The notes under the pieces: model-generated
Told to the model about the DNA's origin: nothing
The model's input: only the letters and a program-made list of their open reading frames with translations
The model's database searches: none
Translations under genes and position numbers: made by a program
Assembly: GCF_038025025.1 (NCBI RefSeq)
Contig: NW_027117342.1
Coordinates: forward strand, 2,418,001-2,469,777
DNA: 51,777 nucleotides
Source: Phyllosticta citribraziliensis
Taxonomy: Eukaryota
Direction: 5' to 3'
Shown: positions 49,347 to 51,777 of the stretch, piece after piece
Position numbering within the stretch: the first letter of the stretch is position 1
How the letters are laid out: every line of letters begins with the position of its first letter

Positions 49347-49814
49347 TATTATAACTTATAGATTTCTCGTTATATAGGTAAGGGCTAAAGGTAAACTACT
49401 AGAAAATATATATATATCTTAATTAAATCTAATAAGTTAAAAGAATAAAATATAAAAGATACTTACTACCTATATATTTCCTAGTCCTTCCTTTATACTA
49501 TTCTACCTCTTATCCTTTATATAAGGGTCCTTAGTTATTATTAGGTAAGTTATAAAGGTAAGGTGTTAATAGGCTGTTATATAGTATCTACCTAGAGCTA
49601 TAGTGGCTGGTGCCAGCCTATAGTAGCTAGTACTAGCCTATAGGTTTTAGCCTAAGCTATAGTAGGCTGCTACCTAAGGTGAGGCTCGTACTTCCTATAA
49701 CTATATAATGCTAGGTTTATCTATACTAGCCCTAGTGCTCGCCTACTATATAATACTAGGTTCATCTGTGCTAGCCCTAGTACTTATATAGGCGCGTGTA
49801 TGCCTATTATAATA
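49347..49814 (-). repeat. 5' LTR
   Basis: Direct repeat of 41478-41945, followed by the TSD AGATC. Confidence 0.92.
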
Positions 49815-49819
49815 AGATC

Positions 49820-51777
49820 TAAGATTAAAATATCTAGATAATAGTAATAGTATTACCCTCTAAGTAGTTATATAAAGATATAATTATTTAACTAGTTATA
49901 CTAAATATATACTTAACCTCTAATAATATTATAGGAATAGATAGAATATTAAGTACTATTTAAGATAGGTATAGATACTACTATTAATAAAAATACTAAT
50001 ACTTAAGAGGATTACTATTTAACTACTCTACTTAAAATTAACTTAAGACCTAGTTATTATATTTATCTTAATCTAATAATATTATAGCTTACTTAAAATA
50101 TATAGCTATCTAGCTAGTAAAGTTTCTATTATCTTTATACCTTTATTTCTTTTAGACTAGCTTAATATCTTTATTTAGCTACTACTCCTTATAAAGCTCC
50201 TAAAGCTATCTTATATATTATTTAGTCTAAAATAGCTATATAAAGTAAGGACCCTCCTACTTCTTCTTAAACTAAATCTATTAAAGTTATAGATAAAGAA
50301 TAATTATAGCTATATAAATAGGACTATTTTCTATCTTATTATAGTAGTATTAAAGTTTTTCTATAATAATATCTAGGTTTACTTAAAAGATATTATTTTA
50401 AATTTATATAGTATAGTTCTTAGCCTTTTTAAGGTATAAAAGAAGATATTTAATTATAAGGAGAACCTTCTAAACTATACTATTTTATCTATTCTCTATA
50501 TTTCCTTCTAGTACTTTTATAATTTTAGTAAAGTATTTAAGAATCTTATAGTAGTATAAAAGTATATTTTAATTATTTAAATCTAGTATATTATTAAGGA
50601 CTATAGGTTAAGACTTTTAGTATAATAGAGGTACTTATTATAAGGTCTAAGTAGTCTATTAAAACTACTAGTAGTAGTATTAAAAAGTAGAGGTTTTACT
50701 ATACTTATACTTATAGTACTTATCTAATATAAGGGCTTTAATTAGACTAGTAATTTAAAGTATATAACTAATTATATACTTAGTTAAGTTCTACTAGGTA
50801 GTATTATTAAAAATAATATTATATATTAGATTACCCTTCTTAAAACCTACTTCTATCTTCTAGTATAAGTAGAGGTACTTTATAAGTAGTTAAGAGTAAT
50901 AAATCTAGTATATAATATTATAGAGCTTATTAATTACTCCTTTCTTATATTATTTAAAATACTAGGTTAAGGACTCCTTATCTTTAATTAAATTAATATT
51001 ATTATTAAAAAGAAGCTCTTAATAGACTAGATTAATAATATAGCCTATATACTAAAAGTAGTACTATATATTATTAAAGTTAAGCTTAAAAGAAAGGGCC
51101 TCTATATACTTATTATTATTATTTATATTATCTATAATAAAATACCTAACCTTTCTATATATATTTTATATATAGATAATATCTAATACCTTCTTTATAA
51201 GATAATTACTAGTATAATACTCTTTAAAGGTAGAGAGGCTAATAAGGAGATAGTAGAGCTTTATATCTTTATTAATAAAGTAGTAGATAATTCTAAGTAG
51301 TTAGGTATTATTATAGGTAGTCTATATATTAAAAGAGATATAGATTAGGCCTAGAGTACTTTAAAGAAGATTTATAACTATACCTATATACTAGTTAAAC
51401 TTATTAATAATATACTTATAGATAGTAGTATAGGAAAGGCTAATTAACTAAGCTTTAAGATAAATATAGTTAAGTAGAGTATAGAATATAGGTACTTTAA
51501 GCTTTAAAAAAGGAATATTCTTATATATTATCTAATTAATAACTAGCTACTTAAAGTACTCTAGATTAAAGTCTTAAATAATATAGTTTAAGATACTTTA
51601 CTCTACTAGATTATCTATATTTAATTAGAGTCTTTATATAATAGAAATAGTTATATACTTCTATAACCTTTTACTAATTAGATCCTTAATCTTATAAATA
51701 GTTATTAGGTAGTAAGTATAGTTAGTAGTACCTTTAGCTTAAAGAGTAGAGATTAAATAGGCCTTTATTATAACTTA
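49820..51777 (-). mobile_element. RIP-inactivated hAT-superfamily transposase (runs off the window end)
   Basis: GYFIIDNINNN (DNAxNND) ~51130; F*YIGYIINLV (RCIGHIINLV) ~51040; NTT**NLT (NATRWNST) ~50795; hATC-like LNILSIPIILLEVKYIFS (LDVLSIPAMSSEVERIFS) ~49920. Confidence 0.85.

Larger units (their letters stand above)
41478..49814 (-). mobile_element. Full-length RIP-inactivated Ty3/gypsy (chromovirus) LTR retrotransposon
   Basis: 468-bp direct repeats with RIPped TG..CA ends; AGATC TSD at 41473-41477 and 49815-49819; PPT-like AGAGGGGGCA beside the left LTR; gag-PR-RT-RH-IN-chromo remnants in order on the minus strand. Confidence 0.93.
39720..51777. other. AT-rich RIP-mutated block (likely heterochromatic)
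   Basis: CpA/TpG almost absent, TpA in excess, and no ORFs in the track after 39671. Confidence 0.95.

Overview
Eukaryotic DNA from a filamentous ascomycete (GT-AG introns with CTRAC branch sites, RIP signature; probably a Dothideomycete). Bases 1-~39.7 kb are GC-rich and gene-dense: a WW-domain protein, a WD40 protein, an F-box/LRR-like protein, a SUZ12-like PRC2 subunit with a spliced-on C-terminal PHD finger, a small secreted protein, COG1, a solitary un-RIPped Ty3/gypsy Gag-like gene (candidate domesticated capsid gene), a secreted alpha/beta hydrolase, formate dehydrogenase, a small membrane protein, the formin SepA and a DUF7918-like gene. From ~39.7 kb to the end the DNA is AT-rich and RIP-mutated. 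It holds a dead paralog of the DUF7918-like gene, a ~230-bp palindrome, and a hAT transposon interrupted by a full-length 8.3-kb chromodomain Ty3/gypsy retrotransposon (468-bp LTRs, AGATC TSD). That retrotransposon carries an extra antisense, intron-containing DUF3716-like gene. All family calls are motif recognition by eye; no database search was run.
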